DNA from: an uncultured delta proteobacterium
GTDB lineage: Bacteria > Myxococcota > Myxococcia > Myxococcales > Myxococcaceae
Direction of reading: 5' to 3'
DNA: 64,000 nucleotides
NCBI GenBank assembly: GCA_963713045.1
Contig: CAVQKE010000004.1
Coordinates: forward strand, 352,001 to 416,000
The notes under the pieces are model-generated. The model did no database searches, was not told where the DNA came from, and worked only from the letters and a program-made list of their open reading frames with translations. The position numbers and the translations under genes were made by a program. This document shows, in pieces, positions 41,613 through 51,571 of this stretch. Numbering within the stretch: position 1 is the first letter of the stretch; each line of letters opens with the position of its first letter.

Positions 41613-44600
41613 TTAGGGGGCCGTGCTAAAATCCCACAAGAGGCTCCTGGCGATGGAGCTGTTGACCGGCGTCGGGGGACGCGCCAACTCATCCACACTG
41701 CTCAGCGGGGCGTAGCCCTGCACGTGCCAGCTGTAACTGGCGTTGTTTGGAAAGGCGAGTCCGGCAGAACTGAGGTCGGGCATGGTCACCGCTGGCGATG
41801 CGGACCAGATGTTGTAGGTGGGCGGCCCTTCGCTGCCAATACTGAAGTGGTAAATGCCACTGGGGAAGCTGGTGCAGCTGAAGCTGGTCGACGTGGTGAC
41901 GCCAGTCGTGCCATTGGGCGGTGTCTCAAGCACCGGGGAGGCGGAAACGGCCACCGAGAGGTTGGCGGTGTTGGCGTCGAGTCCGCCGACGGTTGTGGTT
42001 TGGCTGTTGCCCAGGGTGTCGTCGGTGAAGAATTGGACCAGGAGCGTGGTGCCGGGAATGGCGGGCGTCCCGAAGGAAAAGGGGAATGCGCCGGGCGTGT
42101 TGGTTTCGTAGAAGGCATAGCCATAGTTGAGGACGTTGCCCGTCGTCCCATCCGGCACCAGGGTCACAGAAATGTCCTGCACCAGCCCCCCGGCAGGGGG
42201 AGTGACGGTGCCGGACAGCGTTCCGGTGCTGACCGGCGAGAGGTCCACGTTGACGTTGACGGTTGCCCCATCCTTGAGGGTGATGCCAGTGAGCGTGCCG
42301 TAACCGGTGAAGTTGACCGGCAGGGTTCCACCATCGGTGAGGTAGCTCTGCAGCAAATAGATGCCGCCGGTGGTGGACACCGGGCCTCCCCAGTTGACGA
42401 ACAAGGTCGCCGTCCCGTTGGCCGTGGTCGCGGCCGTGGTCGAGGTTTGCGGCGAAACGAAGGCGGCGTAGGTGGAGTAAAAGGCTGGCTGCGGAAAAAC
42501 GCCGCCATCGACCACCGTCACGTTGAGAGTCGCCGAGTACAGCGGTCCGCCGATTGGCAGCTGGATGACGGGGTTGCTGATGGTCAATCCCTCGTAGGTG
42601 ACTGCGTTGGTGCTTGGCAGGTCCACCGCCGACAGGGTGTAGGGGGCAACAACGTCCGGCACGCTGAAGCCACCATCGGCGCCGCTGGTGGCGTTTGCGG
42701 TGCCGAACGCGTCGAGAACCACGATGCCTTCCCCCGCCAACGGGGTGCCCATCGAATTCACCACCGTGCCGGCGACAGTAAATCCGCCGTCGGGCGCGGC
42801 GACGGGCTGCGCCGCCACGCGCAAGGAAACAGCAAAGTTGTTGAAGGTGTCCACCAAGTAGACATCCGAAACACTCGGCGCCGAGACGAGGCGCGAGCTG
42901 GTCGGGTCCGTCACCCGCGGGTAGACGTACAGCCACAAGGGCTGCAGGTTGGGCCCAAAGGCGAGGACGCCCACCCCCAACGTCGCACTGGAAAGCAGCA
43001 CTGCGAAGCTGCCGTCCGAGGCGGAGTAGGTGCTTTCGGCCAAGACCGAAGCGAGGGCGTTGTCCGCGGTGTCATAGAGGCCGGCGATGGGGGTGATGAC
43101 GTCGGGAGCCGTGGCGTTGAGCGACCACAGCTCGAAATTGGTGTACGGCGGCGCGTTGTTGAGGGTGACGACTTTCCCACCGGGCAATGCCGCCACCACT
43201 TCGGCCTGGACGGTGGAGGGACTTGCAGCGGGCGCCGTGTACGCCCCGAGGATGGTGCTGTTCGGCCCGACTCGGTAGATGGGGTACACCGGTGGCAGGA
43301 CAGCCGTCAGGCTACAGTCGGAGGTGAGTTGGACGACGAAGGTGCCATCTCCCACCGCCAGCAACTTGTCGATGGCGGTAATGGTGCAGCCGTTGACGTC
43401 CACCGTTGGGCCGAAGCTGACCGTCCCCTGGTTGAGGTCCACCAAGTTCCAGCTGCTGCCGCAGAGGTTGACGTTGGGCGAGAGATAGCGGCCCCCGGCA
43501 CCGGCGACCACCCCCGGTGTCGGCGGCCCGGTGGAGGCAAGTCCGCTGCTCGCGGTGACGCTGGTCAGCTGCGGCGTAAAGCAGGTGAGACTCTCGACAT
43601 TCATCAAGGAACAGCCGGTCACTGAGTCCTGGAGGCACACCAGGTTGTCCACCCGGCTGAGGGGTGCGTTGGCGGTGGCCGGGCCACCGGCGGCGGTGAC
43701 GACGCCCGCGTCCACATTGGGCGCTGGGGCCAGAAGCAGGGTGGAGGGCCCCGCGTCGAAGGCGAAGGCCAGGGTTTCGCCCAGCGCATTCAGCCCCCGG
43801 GGGATGTAGCCCCCGTCAAGCACCGCCGGGTTGAAGCCGTAAAAGATGCCGTCATCTCGGCCGAGGACGCCTGGAAGCCAGGCTCCACTGGCGCCTCCAC
43901 CGGCGGTGGTGGACAGCGGGAGCTCCAGCCCGTGACTGAAGGCCACCGGCTGCGCCGCCCACTGCAGGGGCGTACTGGACGCGGGCTGCCCGGGAATAAA
44001 CCGGTCCCACACCACCCGGTTGAGGTCCACGCCCAAGTCCACCTCGGTGGTATTGCCGCTGCTGGCGGCGGTGGCGGTGACGGTGAGGCGCATCATTTCT
44101 TCGGTGTCGGTGAGGACTTCAATCGGCACCGGTGGGCCGGCCGCGTCGTAGGCGTAGTTGTCCGTCCCCAGCCCCGGCGTTTGGGCGAAGAAGGCAAGGT
44201 AGGTGCCTGCGTCGGCCGTCGCCGTCACCTGGCCGGACACGCTGCCCAGGGTGACGATGGGGAAGGACTGCAGCGGAACGCCGGACGTCACCGTCACGCT
44301 GTAGGGGGCCTTGGGCTGGGCGGTCGGCGGATACTGGATGGTCAGCTGGGGCCCGGCGGTATTCAGGTAGACCTGCACGGCCGCTTGTTGACCCGCGTCG
44401 GAATTGCTGAAGGCTTGCACTGCCAACTGCAACAGGCCCGCGTCCGAGGTGGGGCTGGACTGAAGCAGGTCCTGGCACTGCGTGAAGTTGACGTTGGCCA
44501 CGTAGGGCGCGGCAGTCCAGGTGTAGATAGTCCGGGCCCCGCCGTCCAAGGGGCCGCACAGCACGCTGACGCTGGCGATTCCGTCCACCGAAGTGGCCGC

Positions 44601-44798
44601 CACCGACACCTGGGCAGTGAGGTTGATGGTGTCGCCGTTTTTCGGCGTCAGGATTTGCAGCGAGGGCGCTGGCGGCGTCTGCGGGAGGGTGGGCAGGTCC
44701 AGATTGAGGCAGCCCACAACAACGAGAAAAGCGAAGACGGCCGCCCACGGGGCGGCGCTTCTGCCGGACCGCTCAGCACGTCGCCTCTCTGCGCGCAC
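41613..44798 (-). CDS. large (~1060 aa) beta-rich surface lipoprotein with Ig-like, propeller-like and carboxypeptidase-regulatory-like segments
   Basis: Lipobox VVGC after a hydrophobic stretch; T/S/V/G/P-rich, Lys/Arg-poor; start GTG 44798 (alternative ATG 44843). Confidence 0.75.
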   Translation of the reverse strand: MRAERRRAERSGRSAAPWAAVFAFLVVVGCLNLDLPTLPQTPPAPSLQILTPKNGDTINLTAQVSVAATSVDGIASVSVLCGPLDGGARTIYTWTAAPYVANVNFTQCQDLLQSSPTSDAGLLQLAVQAFSNSDAGQQAAVQVYLNTAGPQLTIQYPPTAQPKAPYSVTVTSGVPLQSFPIVTLGSVSGQVTATADAGTYLAFFAQTPGLGTDNYAYDAAGPPVPIEVLTDTEEMMRLTVTATAASSGNTTEVDLGVDLNRVVWDRFIPGQPASSTPLQWAAQPVAFSHGLELPLSTTAGGGASGAWLPGVLGRDDGIFYGFNPAVLDGGYIPRGLNALGETLAFAFDAGPSTLLLAPAPNVDAGVVTAAGGPATANAPLSRVDNLVCLQDSVTGCSLMNVESLTCFTPQLTSVTASSGLASTGPPTPGVVAGAGGRYLSPNVNLCGSSWNLVDLNQGTVSFGPTVDVNGCTITAIDKLLAVGDGTFVVQLTSDCSLTAVLPPVYPIYRVGPNSTILGAYTAPAASPSTVQAEVVAALPGGKVVTLNNAPPYTNFELWSLNATAPDVITPIAGLYDTADNALASVLAESTYSASDGSFAVLLSSATLGVGVLAFGPNLQPLWLYVYPRVTDPTSSRLVSAPSVSDVYLVDTFNNFAVSLRVAAQPVAAPDGGFTVAGTVVNSMGTPLAGEGIVVLDAFGTANATSGADGGFSVPDVVAPYTLSAVDLPSTNAVTYEGLTISNPVIQLPIGGPLYSATLNVTVVDGGVFPQPAFYSTYAAFVSPQTSTTAATTANGTATLFVNWGGPVSTTGGIYLLQSYLTDGGTLPVNFTGYGTLTGITLKDGATVNVNVDLSPVSTGTLSGTVTPPAGGLVQDISVTLVPDGTTGNVLNYGYAFYETNTPGAFPFSFGTPAIPGTTLLVQFFTDDTLGNSQTTTVGGLDANTANLSVAVSASPVLETPPNGTTGVTTSTSFSCTSFPSGIYHFSIGSEGPPTYNIWSASPAVTMPDLSSAGLAFPNNASYSWHVQGYAPLSSVDELARPPTPVNSSIARSLLWDFSTAP

Positions 44799-44887
44799 CA
44801 GGAAGACATCCCCCCTTCGCAGCGCCGGGCCTCCGTATAGCATGAGACGCTTCGGGAAAGGGGCCGACGCGGGCGGCCCCGGGGCGC

Positions 44888-47035
44888 CTAGAAGTCGATG
44901 CCGGCAGGCGCTGGCCGCGGAAGCGTCATTTGAAGTCGTGTCCCATCGACTTTCACCCCGTAGAAGAGCTGATAGAGGTAGAGGTCGGCCACGACCTGCT
45001 TCACGTAGGCCCGCGTCTCCTTGTAGGGAAGCGACTCGACGAAGAGGTCGACCGGGAGGGCGCCGTATTGGCTGGCCCACTGGAGTGTCACCGCCGGGCC
45101 GGCGTTGTAGGCGGCGGCCACCAGCACCGGGTGCACGAAGCGCTTGGAGAGTTGAGACACGTACCAGGCGGAGAGGTCGAGGTTCAGCTCGGGCCGGTAG
45201 AGCTCATCCGGCTCCGGTGCCTCGCGCTGCAACTCCCGAGCGATGGCGGTGGCGGTGCGCGCCATCAGCTGCATCAACCCGCGGGCGCGCGCCGCGCTCA
45301 GGCGGTCCGGTTGAAATGCGCTTTCCCGGCGCATCATCGCGTAGAGGATGCCGGATGAGACGCCGGCCGCGCGGGCCGTCTCGTCGACGTGGGCGGCATA
45401 GGGGCGTGGGTACAAGAGGGCGAGTGAAACGGCGTCCTTCTGAGAGTAGGCACGGCCCCAGAGAAGTCGGTTGGCCAGCCCATAGGCTGCCCAGGCCTCG
45501 CCCAGGAGCGCGAGCGAGGTGCCCACGCGCAAGGCCTGGTCCGGGGTGTGGACTTGTCCGAGGCGGCTGCGGAGCTCCTCGGCTGCCTCCCGCCACAGTC
45601 CAGCCGCAGCCAGCGCCCGCGGAAGTGCCAGTTCCGGACTGGCCGGCGCCTGCGCTGGAAGCCTGGGCCGCTCGGTGAACAGCGGTGGAGGTTTGCTGCC
45701 CAGCTCGCGCATGCGCTCGCTGGCGGCCAGGGCATAGAAGCTGGCGGGGTAGGTGCGGACAATGTCCAGGTAGTCATCGGTGGCGTTGCCGCCGGACAGG
45801 TGCTTCACCCGTGCCCGCCAGTAGCGCGCCTGGGAAACCAAGCTGCTCTTCGGGTACCGCTCAATGAGCTCGCGCAGCGCCCGGTCCGCCTCAGCCCAGT
45901 TGGCGAGGCGAATCCACGCCAGCGCGCGGAACCAGCATGCGTCGTCGCGGCGGTGGGACTCGGGGTGCTTCTTCTCGAAGGCTTCCAACGCTTGTGCGGC
46001 GACGGCGTTTTTTCCGTCTTGGAGGGCAATCCAGCCGATGAAGTAGTCGGCCTCCTCCGAGGCCAGCTCGGCTGGGTACCTGTGCGAGACCTCCTGAAAT
46101 TTGAGAAGGGCGCCGGCATTGTCATTCAATCGCAACAGCCGGCGGGCTCGGACGAGCAGCGCCTCGGAAGCGGTGGCCGGTGGGCCTTGCGCTGCCACTT
46201 CCAACGCCGCGTCTCCCTCCTCCACCCGGCCGAGTGGGTAGAGCGCCTGAGCACGAAAGAGGGCGAGCTGGGCCTTGCCGGCGGCATCTCGGGCGAGGCC
46301 GTTGCTGTCGATGCGCTCCACCTCGGCCAGGGCTTGGCGGGCGTCCCCGGCGTCGAGGAAGGCCTTGGCTCGCCCCAGTCGCTCCTCCAGGGTAAGCGCC
46401 ACCGCTGGAGCCGAGCTGCCGCGCAGCTGGGCGTCGACCTGCAGGGCGGCCGGCGAGCGAGGGTAGCGGACGAGGAGGACGTGCAGGTCCGCCTGGGCGC
46501 CGGGGAGGTCTCCCAGTTGCGCCCGCGCCTCCGCCCGGGAGGAAAGCAGTTCCGGGCCGCCCACCTGCGCCAGCCCTCGTTCTAAGAGCGGCAGGGCTTG
46601 TCCGGGCTCATGCGCCAGCAGCAACGCTTCGCCAGCCCGGGCTGCGGCGCGCCCGGCGACCGCTCCCGGTGCCGAAGAGGCGTCGATGAAATGGGCCGCC
46701 GCGCCGCGGTAGTCGCGCAGGTAGAACAGGGCCTCTCCCAGCGCGAAGTCCCGGTACGGCACAAGCAGCGGCGGGGCTGCAAAGCGCCGTAAGGCGGCCA
46801 GGGCCTGGGCGGCCTCACCGCGCGACAGCAGCAGTTCGCCCAACAGCAGCGAAAGTCGGCCCGCGTCGGGGCAGCCACGTTTCACGCAGGCAGCAAGCTC
46901 GGCCTGCGCCAGCTCCAGCGCCTCCGGGCGTTGGAGCCGGGCTGCCTCGAGGAGCTTGTCGGACTGGGCCGAGACCGGGCTGGGCCCCAAGAGAAGCGCT
47001 CCAAGCAGCACGAGCGCCAGCACATCGCGGGTCAC
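44888..47035 (-). CDS. soluble lytic transglycosylase (SLT) with TPR-like superhelix
   Basis: RRESAF, ARGLMQL, AAYNAG, ETRAYV; signal peptide after GTG start. Confidence 0.92.
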   Translation of the reverse strand: MTRDVLALVLLGALLLGPSPVSAQSDKLLEAARLQRPEALELAQAELAACVKRGCPDAGRLSLLLGELLLSRGEAAQALAALRRFAAPPLLVPYRDFALGEALFYLRDYRGAAAHFIDASSAPGAVAGRAAARAGEALLLAHEPGQALPLLERGLAQVGGPELLSSRAEARAQLGDLPGAQADLHVLLVRYPRSPAALQVDAQLRGSSAPAVALTLEERLGRAKAFLDAGDARQALAEVERIDSNGLARDAAGKAQLALFRAQALYPLGRVEEGDAALEVAAQGPPATASEALLVRARRLLRLNDNAGALLKFQEVSHRYPAELASEEADYFIGWIALQDGKNAVAAQALEAFEKKHPESHRRDDACWFRALAWIRLANWAEADRALRELIERYPKSSLVSQARYWRARVKHLSGGNATDDYLDIVRTYPASFYALAASERMRELGSKPPPLFTERPRLPAQAPASPELALPRALAAAGLWREAAEELRSRLGQVHTPDQALRVGTSLALLGEAWAAYGLANRLLWGRAYSQKDAVSLALLYPRPYAAHVDETARAAGVSSGILYAMMRRESAFQPDRLSAARARGLMQLMARTATAIARELQREAPEPDELYRPELNLDLSAWYVSQLSKRFVHPVLVAAAYNAGPAVTLQWASQYGALPVDLFVESLPYKETRAYVKQVVADLYLYQLFYGVKVDGTRLQMTLPRPAPAGIDF

Positions 47036-47240
47036 AGTCCGAAGGGTGTACCAAGGCGCGCCCCACCCGTCGAACAAGTGACGCTTCCAGAGGCCGGCAA
47101 CCACCCTGGCCGGGTAGGCCTCTGTCCTACGCGGTCGCTCGTTGGAGGCGGCGGTGGGCAGAGCCGGGGGTGGCTTGGCAGGCTGTCCCTTTTCCAAGCG
47201 CTGCCGCCGACGCTTCTGGACGGCGTTGCCTGCCGTCGCG

Positions 47241-47834
47241 TTATGGCTCGCTGGGCACTCCATTCGGGCAGTACAACAGTCCGGCGCTGGGCCCCGCGTC
47301 GTACTGGCAGCTCCAACCGGCGTTGGTGGGGAAGCTGACGGCGACTGCCAAGCCCGCGTCGGAGAGTGTCCCCGTCGGTTCGAGGCTCACCGTCAGCATG
47401 CCCTGGGGCGAGGGCCAAGCCGTGCCTCCGTCCGTCGGCACCGCGACGCCCGCGTCGGTGAGGATGAGGCTGAAGCTTCCGACGCTGCCGCTGGCGCCAG
47501 ACGTCTGCGTCCATTGGCTGCCGCCGGTGGCCGCTTCCTGCACCACGGTGGTGGCCCCGCTTCCGTTGGTTTCATCGTAGGTGATGGCCTGCAGCGACGT
47601 GCCAGGCAGCGTGGCGTAGAAGGCCAGCGCCGGGAAGTCGCCCGCGGGCGACTGGATGAAGAAACTGACGCCCTGGGGTGATGCGGTGGCGCCGAGCGCC
47701 ACCACCACCGAGCCGCACAGGGCGCCGCAGATGTAGGCCGTCCCTTGCGGCGTTGCCGGGACGCTGGTGTGGCAGGCCGTCGCCGTGGCCAGCAGGAAGG
47801 AAGAAAGAATTCGCGCGGAGATTTTGACACGCAT
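47241..47834 (-). CDS. hypothetical lipoprotein
   Basis: MRVKISARILSSFLLATATAC signal/lipobox; S/T/G/A-rich mature part with two Cys pairs. Confidence 0.7.
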   Translation of the reverse strand: MRVKISARILSSFLLATATACHTSVPATPQGTAYICGALCGSVVVALGATASPQGVSFFIQSPAGDFPALAFYATLPGTSLQAITYDETNGSGATTVVQEAATGGSQWTQTSGASGSVGSFSLILTDAGVAVPTDGGTAWPSPQGMLTVSLEPTGTLSDAGLAVAVSFPTNAGWSCQYDAGPSAGLLYCPNGVPSEP

Positions 47835-48114
47835 GGCTGCCCCGGCTGGCCCCCGGGGTGGCAGGGGCAAGCGGAGTGGGCCAAGCGAAGGTAGCCGGCA
47901 CCTCCGTCGGTCAGCCAGCGCGTCCCCAGGGCTGCGGTTGGTGTGGAACGCCAATCGAAGTCGCCGTCAAGCCCAGGTGCTGGTGGTGGCCGTCGCCTGC
48001 GAACGCTTCAACATTGCTTGGGTTTGTCCTAACGCGCCGCAGCAACCACAGGAGGGGGGCAGGCTGTAGGCCTCGCGACCTCCGCTGATGTTTGAAGACT
48101 TCAGGCCAGCCGCT

Positions 48115-48144
48115 TTGACAAGGCTAGCCGCTGTTGCCTAAACA
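48115..48144 (+). promoter_or_regulatory. candidate sigma70-type promoter
   Basis: Perfect TTGACA, 18 nt, TAAACA. Confidence 0.5.
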
Positions 48145-48306
48145 CACGCGCGGTCCGGGAGGTGAGGAGAGGTGTCCTCCCGGAGGCGAGGGGAACCATT
48201 GGGGACCATCTTGGGGTCCAATGTGGGCATTCGTGCTCCGAACGCGCTTCGGCAGCGCCCCGCCACACCCGAGTTGCATTCGCACGGCCAAGGAGGCGTT
48301 TGCCCG

Positions 48307-48540
48307 ATGAAACCCTGCCCCACTGACTTGCCTCAAACCATCAACCCCGAAGCGGGGCCGAAGCGAGCCGGCGTGGAAATGCACCGGAACTTCAACTGCC
48401 ACCAGTACGACAATTGCCTCGACGAGGCCGTGCGGCGGGGATGGCAAAGCTTCACCTGCGTGAAGTGCCCCCATTACGCCAGCGCTGCGACCCCGGCTCT
48501 CGGCCTGGAGGCGTACGCCACCCAGCGCCGTGCCATTTAG
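48307..48540 (+). CDS. small Cys-rich hypothetical protein (77 aa)
   Basis: Strong SD AAGGAGG at ~48290-48296; C-x5-C-x13-C-x2-C. Confidence 0.75.
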   Translation: MKPCPTDLPQTINPEAGPKRAGVEMHRNFNCHQYDNCLDEAVRRGWQSFTCVKCPHYASAATPALGLEAYATQRRAI

Positions 48541-48576
48541 CTGGCTGTCCCTTCGGGACTGCGGACCCCGGCCTCT

Positions 48577-50127
48577 CTAGTTGTGCCGGTCGGCGTAGAT
48601 GACGACCACCCAGTACCTCTCGCTGCCGCTCGGACCAGGGCCGGCGGGGACGGCGCCGACGCCAACCAGATTCTTCCGCCCATCTGCCACGCCACGCGTC
48701 TTGGGAAGTTGCGACAAGTCCTCGGCCACGAAGAGGTCGGCGCTGGTGGACTCAACGCCGCGCAGTGACTCGGAGACGCGCGCGTGCAGCCGCTCCGGTG
48801 CCAGCAGGCGCTCGGTGTGGGGGTCATCCGCGTCCAGCGCGATGCGGGCCTGCTCGACTGCCAAGGCTTCCAGCTGTGGGCTGCGCGCCAGCACCGGCAG
48901 CCCCAGCGCGGCGCGCTGCTCTGCAATGCGGCGGTAGGTGTCGCCGACCGGGTCGCCGGAGCGGGTGTCCGGTGCCGCCAGGACTTCCACCACCAGCGTC
49001 TGGCTGCGCCCGCCGTAGCTTTCCACCGCCACCCCCACGCCGAGGCGCGAGAACACCGGGAGCAGGAGGTTTCGGCGGTGGCCTGGGCTTTCCTCGACGC
49101 TGCTGTGCGCGGCCAGGGGCCCGGTACCGGCCCGTCCGAGGTTTTCCCCGTTGGCCCGGAAGGCGTACCCGGCGGCGCGCAGACGCTCGCTGAGTGAATC
49201 GCCCTCCGGCGCGACGTGGGCGAAGAAGTGCCCCAGCGCCATGCGCTCGGCATAGGCCTGCGCCACGGCGTCCAGGCGGGCGTCTGCTGTCACGGCCGAC
49301 GCCCCGTTGGCGGTGCGCAGGGCGTTGATGCGGGCCAGAAGGAGGCTGCGCGCCTCGGACAGGGTGGCCGGTTCGCTGAAGCTTGCCCGAGGCGCCGCCC
49401 CGCGGGCGAGGGAGCTGGAGGACGTCGCGCCCGGCTGCTCCCCCACGTCCACTTGGAAGAGGGCCGCGACTTCAGGGCCGGACGGCCCCGTCCCCAGCAC
49501 CTCGACGGCGTAGCGGCCCGGCGTCGGGAAGCCGACGGTTGCGCAGAAGCCACTTGTGGTGGCGCGCACCCGCGCTTCCTTCTCCACCAGGCCGGTGGGA
49601 AGGGTGACGAAGACTTCGGGCGTCCCCAGCGGCGCCCAGAGCTCTCCACAAAGCTCGTGCACTCCCGGCAGCTTTGGCTTCCGAGGGAACGGCCGAAGGT
49701 CTGCCTTTCGCTCGGCGAGGACGAGGGCAATGACGCCGTGGTTCGGGTCCCCGACCACCGCCAGCCCGGCGTGGGACGCCGGGTCCAGGCCCAAGTCGGT
49801 GCGCCTCTGGAAAGCCAGCAGCCCATCCTCGAGGGGTGCCGCGCGAATAATCCACACCTTCGGCTGAGCGTCCCAGGCGCCTGCCCGGCTCATCGCCTCG
49901 GTGACGCGCTCGGGTTCGGCCGAGGCGGCGGCCGGGGCGGTGGAGGCCAGGGCGTCGGCGGCCAGGGAACGGGCTGCGGCGCACAGCGCGGGGTCGATTC
50001 GAGGGGACGTTCGACCGATGCGCTCGAAGGCCTGGCGCAGGTGCTGGGCAACGCGCGCCTCCACCTCCGGCGCGGACGCCGGGGCGCTGGCCTGGCCGGC
50101 GAGGACGAGGAGCAGGACTGCCGTCAC
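48577..50127 (-). CDS. secreted CAP (SCP) domain protein
   Basis: INALR, HFFAH, ERLRAAGY, GENL, SPGHRRNLL, LGVGV; signal peptide after GTG start. Confidence 0.88.
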   Translation of the reverse strand: MTAVLLLVLAGQASAPASAPEVEARVAQHLRQAFERIGRTSPRIDPALCAAARSLAADALASTAPAAASAEPERVTEAMSRAGAWDAQPKVWIIRAAPLEDGLLAFQRRTDLGLDPASHAGLAVVGDPNHGVIALVLAERKADLRPFPRKPKLPGVHELCGELWAPLGTPEVFVTLPTGLVEKEARVRATTSGFCATVGFPTPGRYAVEVLGTGPSGPEVAALFQVDVGEQPGATSSSSLARGAAPRASFSEPATLSEARSLLLARINALRTANGASAVTADARLDAVAQAYAERMALGHFFAHVAPEGDSLSERLRAAGYAFRANGENLGRAGTGPLAAHSSVEESPGHRRNLLLPVFSRLGVGVAVESYGGRSQTLVVEVLAAPDTRSGDPVGDTYRRIAEQRAALGLPVLARSPQLEALAVEQARIALDADDPHTERLLAPERLHARVSESLRGVESTSADLFVAEDLSQLPKTRGVADGRKNLVGVGAVPAGPGPSGSERYWVVVIYADRHN

Positions 50128-50426
50128 GGTGCGGGCGCGCGGACCTCGAATTCGAGGCGTTCTATGGACGTGTGTCGCAGCGCGGTGTTGAGGCGGGCGC
50201 GAAGCGCGGGCTCCTCGGCCTGCAGCGTGGCTCGCCAGGCCAGGCTGGCCACCTCGACCCGAAGCACGCCCTCGCAGAGGCTGCGGGGGCGGCTGTTGTG
50301 CGCAATCGGGCCACCGATGACTTCGCGCCAAAGCGACTCCAGCGCGGCCGCGCTGCCCGAGCCACTGAGGCGGGCGAGGACGTCGGGTAGCAGCGAACGC
50401 AGCGAGACAAACTCCCGGTCAGGCAT
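50124..50426 (-). CDS. DUF721/DciA-like protein
   Basis: W..VIG..IA.NSRP.SL..GVL.VEV.S.AW...L pattern, 100 aa. Confidence 0.75.
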   Translation of the reverse strand: MPDREFVSLRSLLPDVLARLSGSGSAAALESLWREVIGGPIAHNSRPRSLCEGVLRVEVASLAWRATLQAEEPALRARLNTALRHTSIERLEFEVRAPAP

Positions 50427-50473
50427 GGGCTGGCATTCTCGCCCAAGCGGGCGGCCGCGGGCCAGGTGGAAGG

Positions 50474-51568
50474 TTAGCCCGTGAAAACGGCTCCCCGCGC
50501 ACGCAGCAGCTGCTGCAGCATCTCTTCAATGTGCGTGCGGGTCTGTTCCACCAAGGACTCCACGATGGCCAGCGCCTCCGTCTCCGCCAGCCGTGCGGCC
50601 GGCGCCTTGAGGTGGGCGGGCAGCTCCAGGGGTGGGCCGATGCGCACCGACCACTTGGCGGGCAAAGGAATGGGCCCGAGCGGCGTGATGGGCAAGTAGG
50701 GCATTCCCAAAAAGCCCGCCGGCAGCTTGGCCAGCAAAGGGAGGGACTCTTCAGCGCCCACCATCGCCACCGGAAGAATGGGGGCTCCCGTCCGAAGGGC
50801 CAGCTTCACGAAGCCGCCACGGCCGAAGCGTTTGAGTCGGTAGCGCTCGCGAAAGGGCTTGCCGATTCCCTGGATGCCTTCCGGAAAGACGCACACCGGG
50901 CGCCCCTCCGACAACAGGCGGGTGGCATTTTCCGGCGAGGCGCGAACTGCGCCGAGGCGGTTGAGGAGCGTTCCCAACAGCGGGGCGTAGAAGACTTGGT
51001 CCTCCACCAGCCAGCGGCTGTCCAGCAGGTCCGGCCGCGTCCGCCGCAGCACCTGTTGCAGCACCGGCCCGTCAATGGGAAGCGCTCCGGCGTGGTTGGC
51101 CACCAGCAACGCGCCGCCTCGCGGGACGTGCTCCGCGCCCTCCACCGAGACGCGGAACCAGCGCGTGTAGAGGAAGTCCGCCAGTGGGGCCAGCGCCGCC
51201 TGGAGCTTCGCGTCGCCGCCGTAAATGTCGAGCTCGACGTCCGCCGGACTCCCGAGACCGGCACGGACAGCCTCAGCCGCGCTGCGGAGGACAGCCAGGG
51301 CCTGGCTGACCTCCTGGCTGGCGTTGGCCGCCCAGCCCTGGAGGCTGGGGGCTTCGTCCGGTGCAGGAGGACTGGGCGTTGGTCGGGCGGCTGGGACGGA
51401 ACGGGCTTCGCTCGCGGGCTTCGGCCGGCTCCTCGGCGGGCGTGCCGGCCGGGGGGCCTTGGGGGGCCGAGCTGCACTGGCCGCGGAAGTCGGCTTTTGC
51501 GCGTTGGCCTCCGGGCGCGGTGCAGCGGCACGCTCGAAGGGGTCATTGCCGAGGACACGCTTGGGCAT
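50474..51568 (-). CDS. lysophospholipid acyltransferase family protein
   Basis: VANHAGALPID, VFPEG, FGRGGFV; Pro/Ala/Arg-rich N-terminal tail. Confidence 0.88.
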   Translation of the reverse strand: MPKRVLGNDPFERAAAPRPEANAQKPTSAASAARPPKAPRPARPPRSRPKPASEARSVPAARPTPSPPAPDEAPSLQGWAANASQEVSQALAVLRSAAEAVRAGLGSPADVELDIYGGDAKLQAALAPLADFLYTRWFRVSVEGAEHVPRGGALLVANHAGALPIDGPVLQQVLRRTRPDLLDSRWLVEDQVFYAPLLGTLLNRLGAVRASPENATRLLSEGRPVCVFPEGIQGIGKPFRERYRLKRFGRGGFVKLALRTGAPILPVAMVGAEESLPLLAKLPAGFLGMPYLPITPLGPIPLPAKWSVRIGPPLELPAHLKAPAARLAETEALAIVESLVEQTRTHIEEMLQQLLRARGAVFTG

Positions 51569-51571
51569 CAG

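Noticed and set aside
44799..45080. Long N-terminal extensions given by the ORF track (also for fusA, tuf, mutL, SLT, CAP protein, lon)
   Set aside because: They overlap neighbouring genes or precede the conserved N-terminus or signal peptide; starts were trimmed
47835..48110. tRNA, tRNA-Sec or other known ncRNA in the long intergenic region
   Set aside because: No cloverleaf, T-loop or CCA pattern and no recognisable family motif by eye
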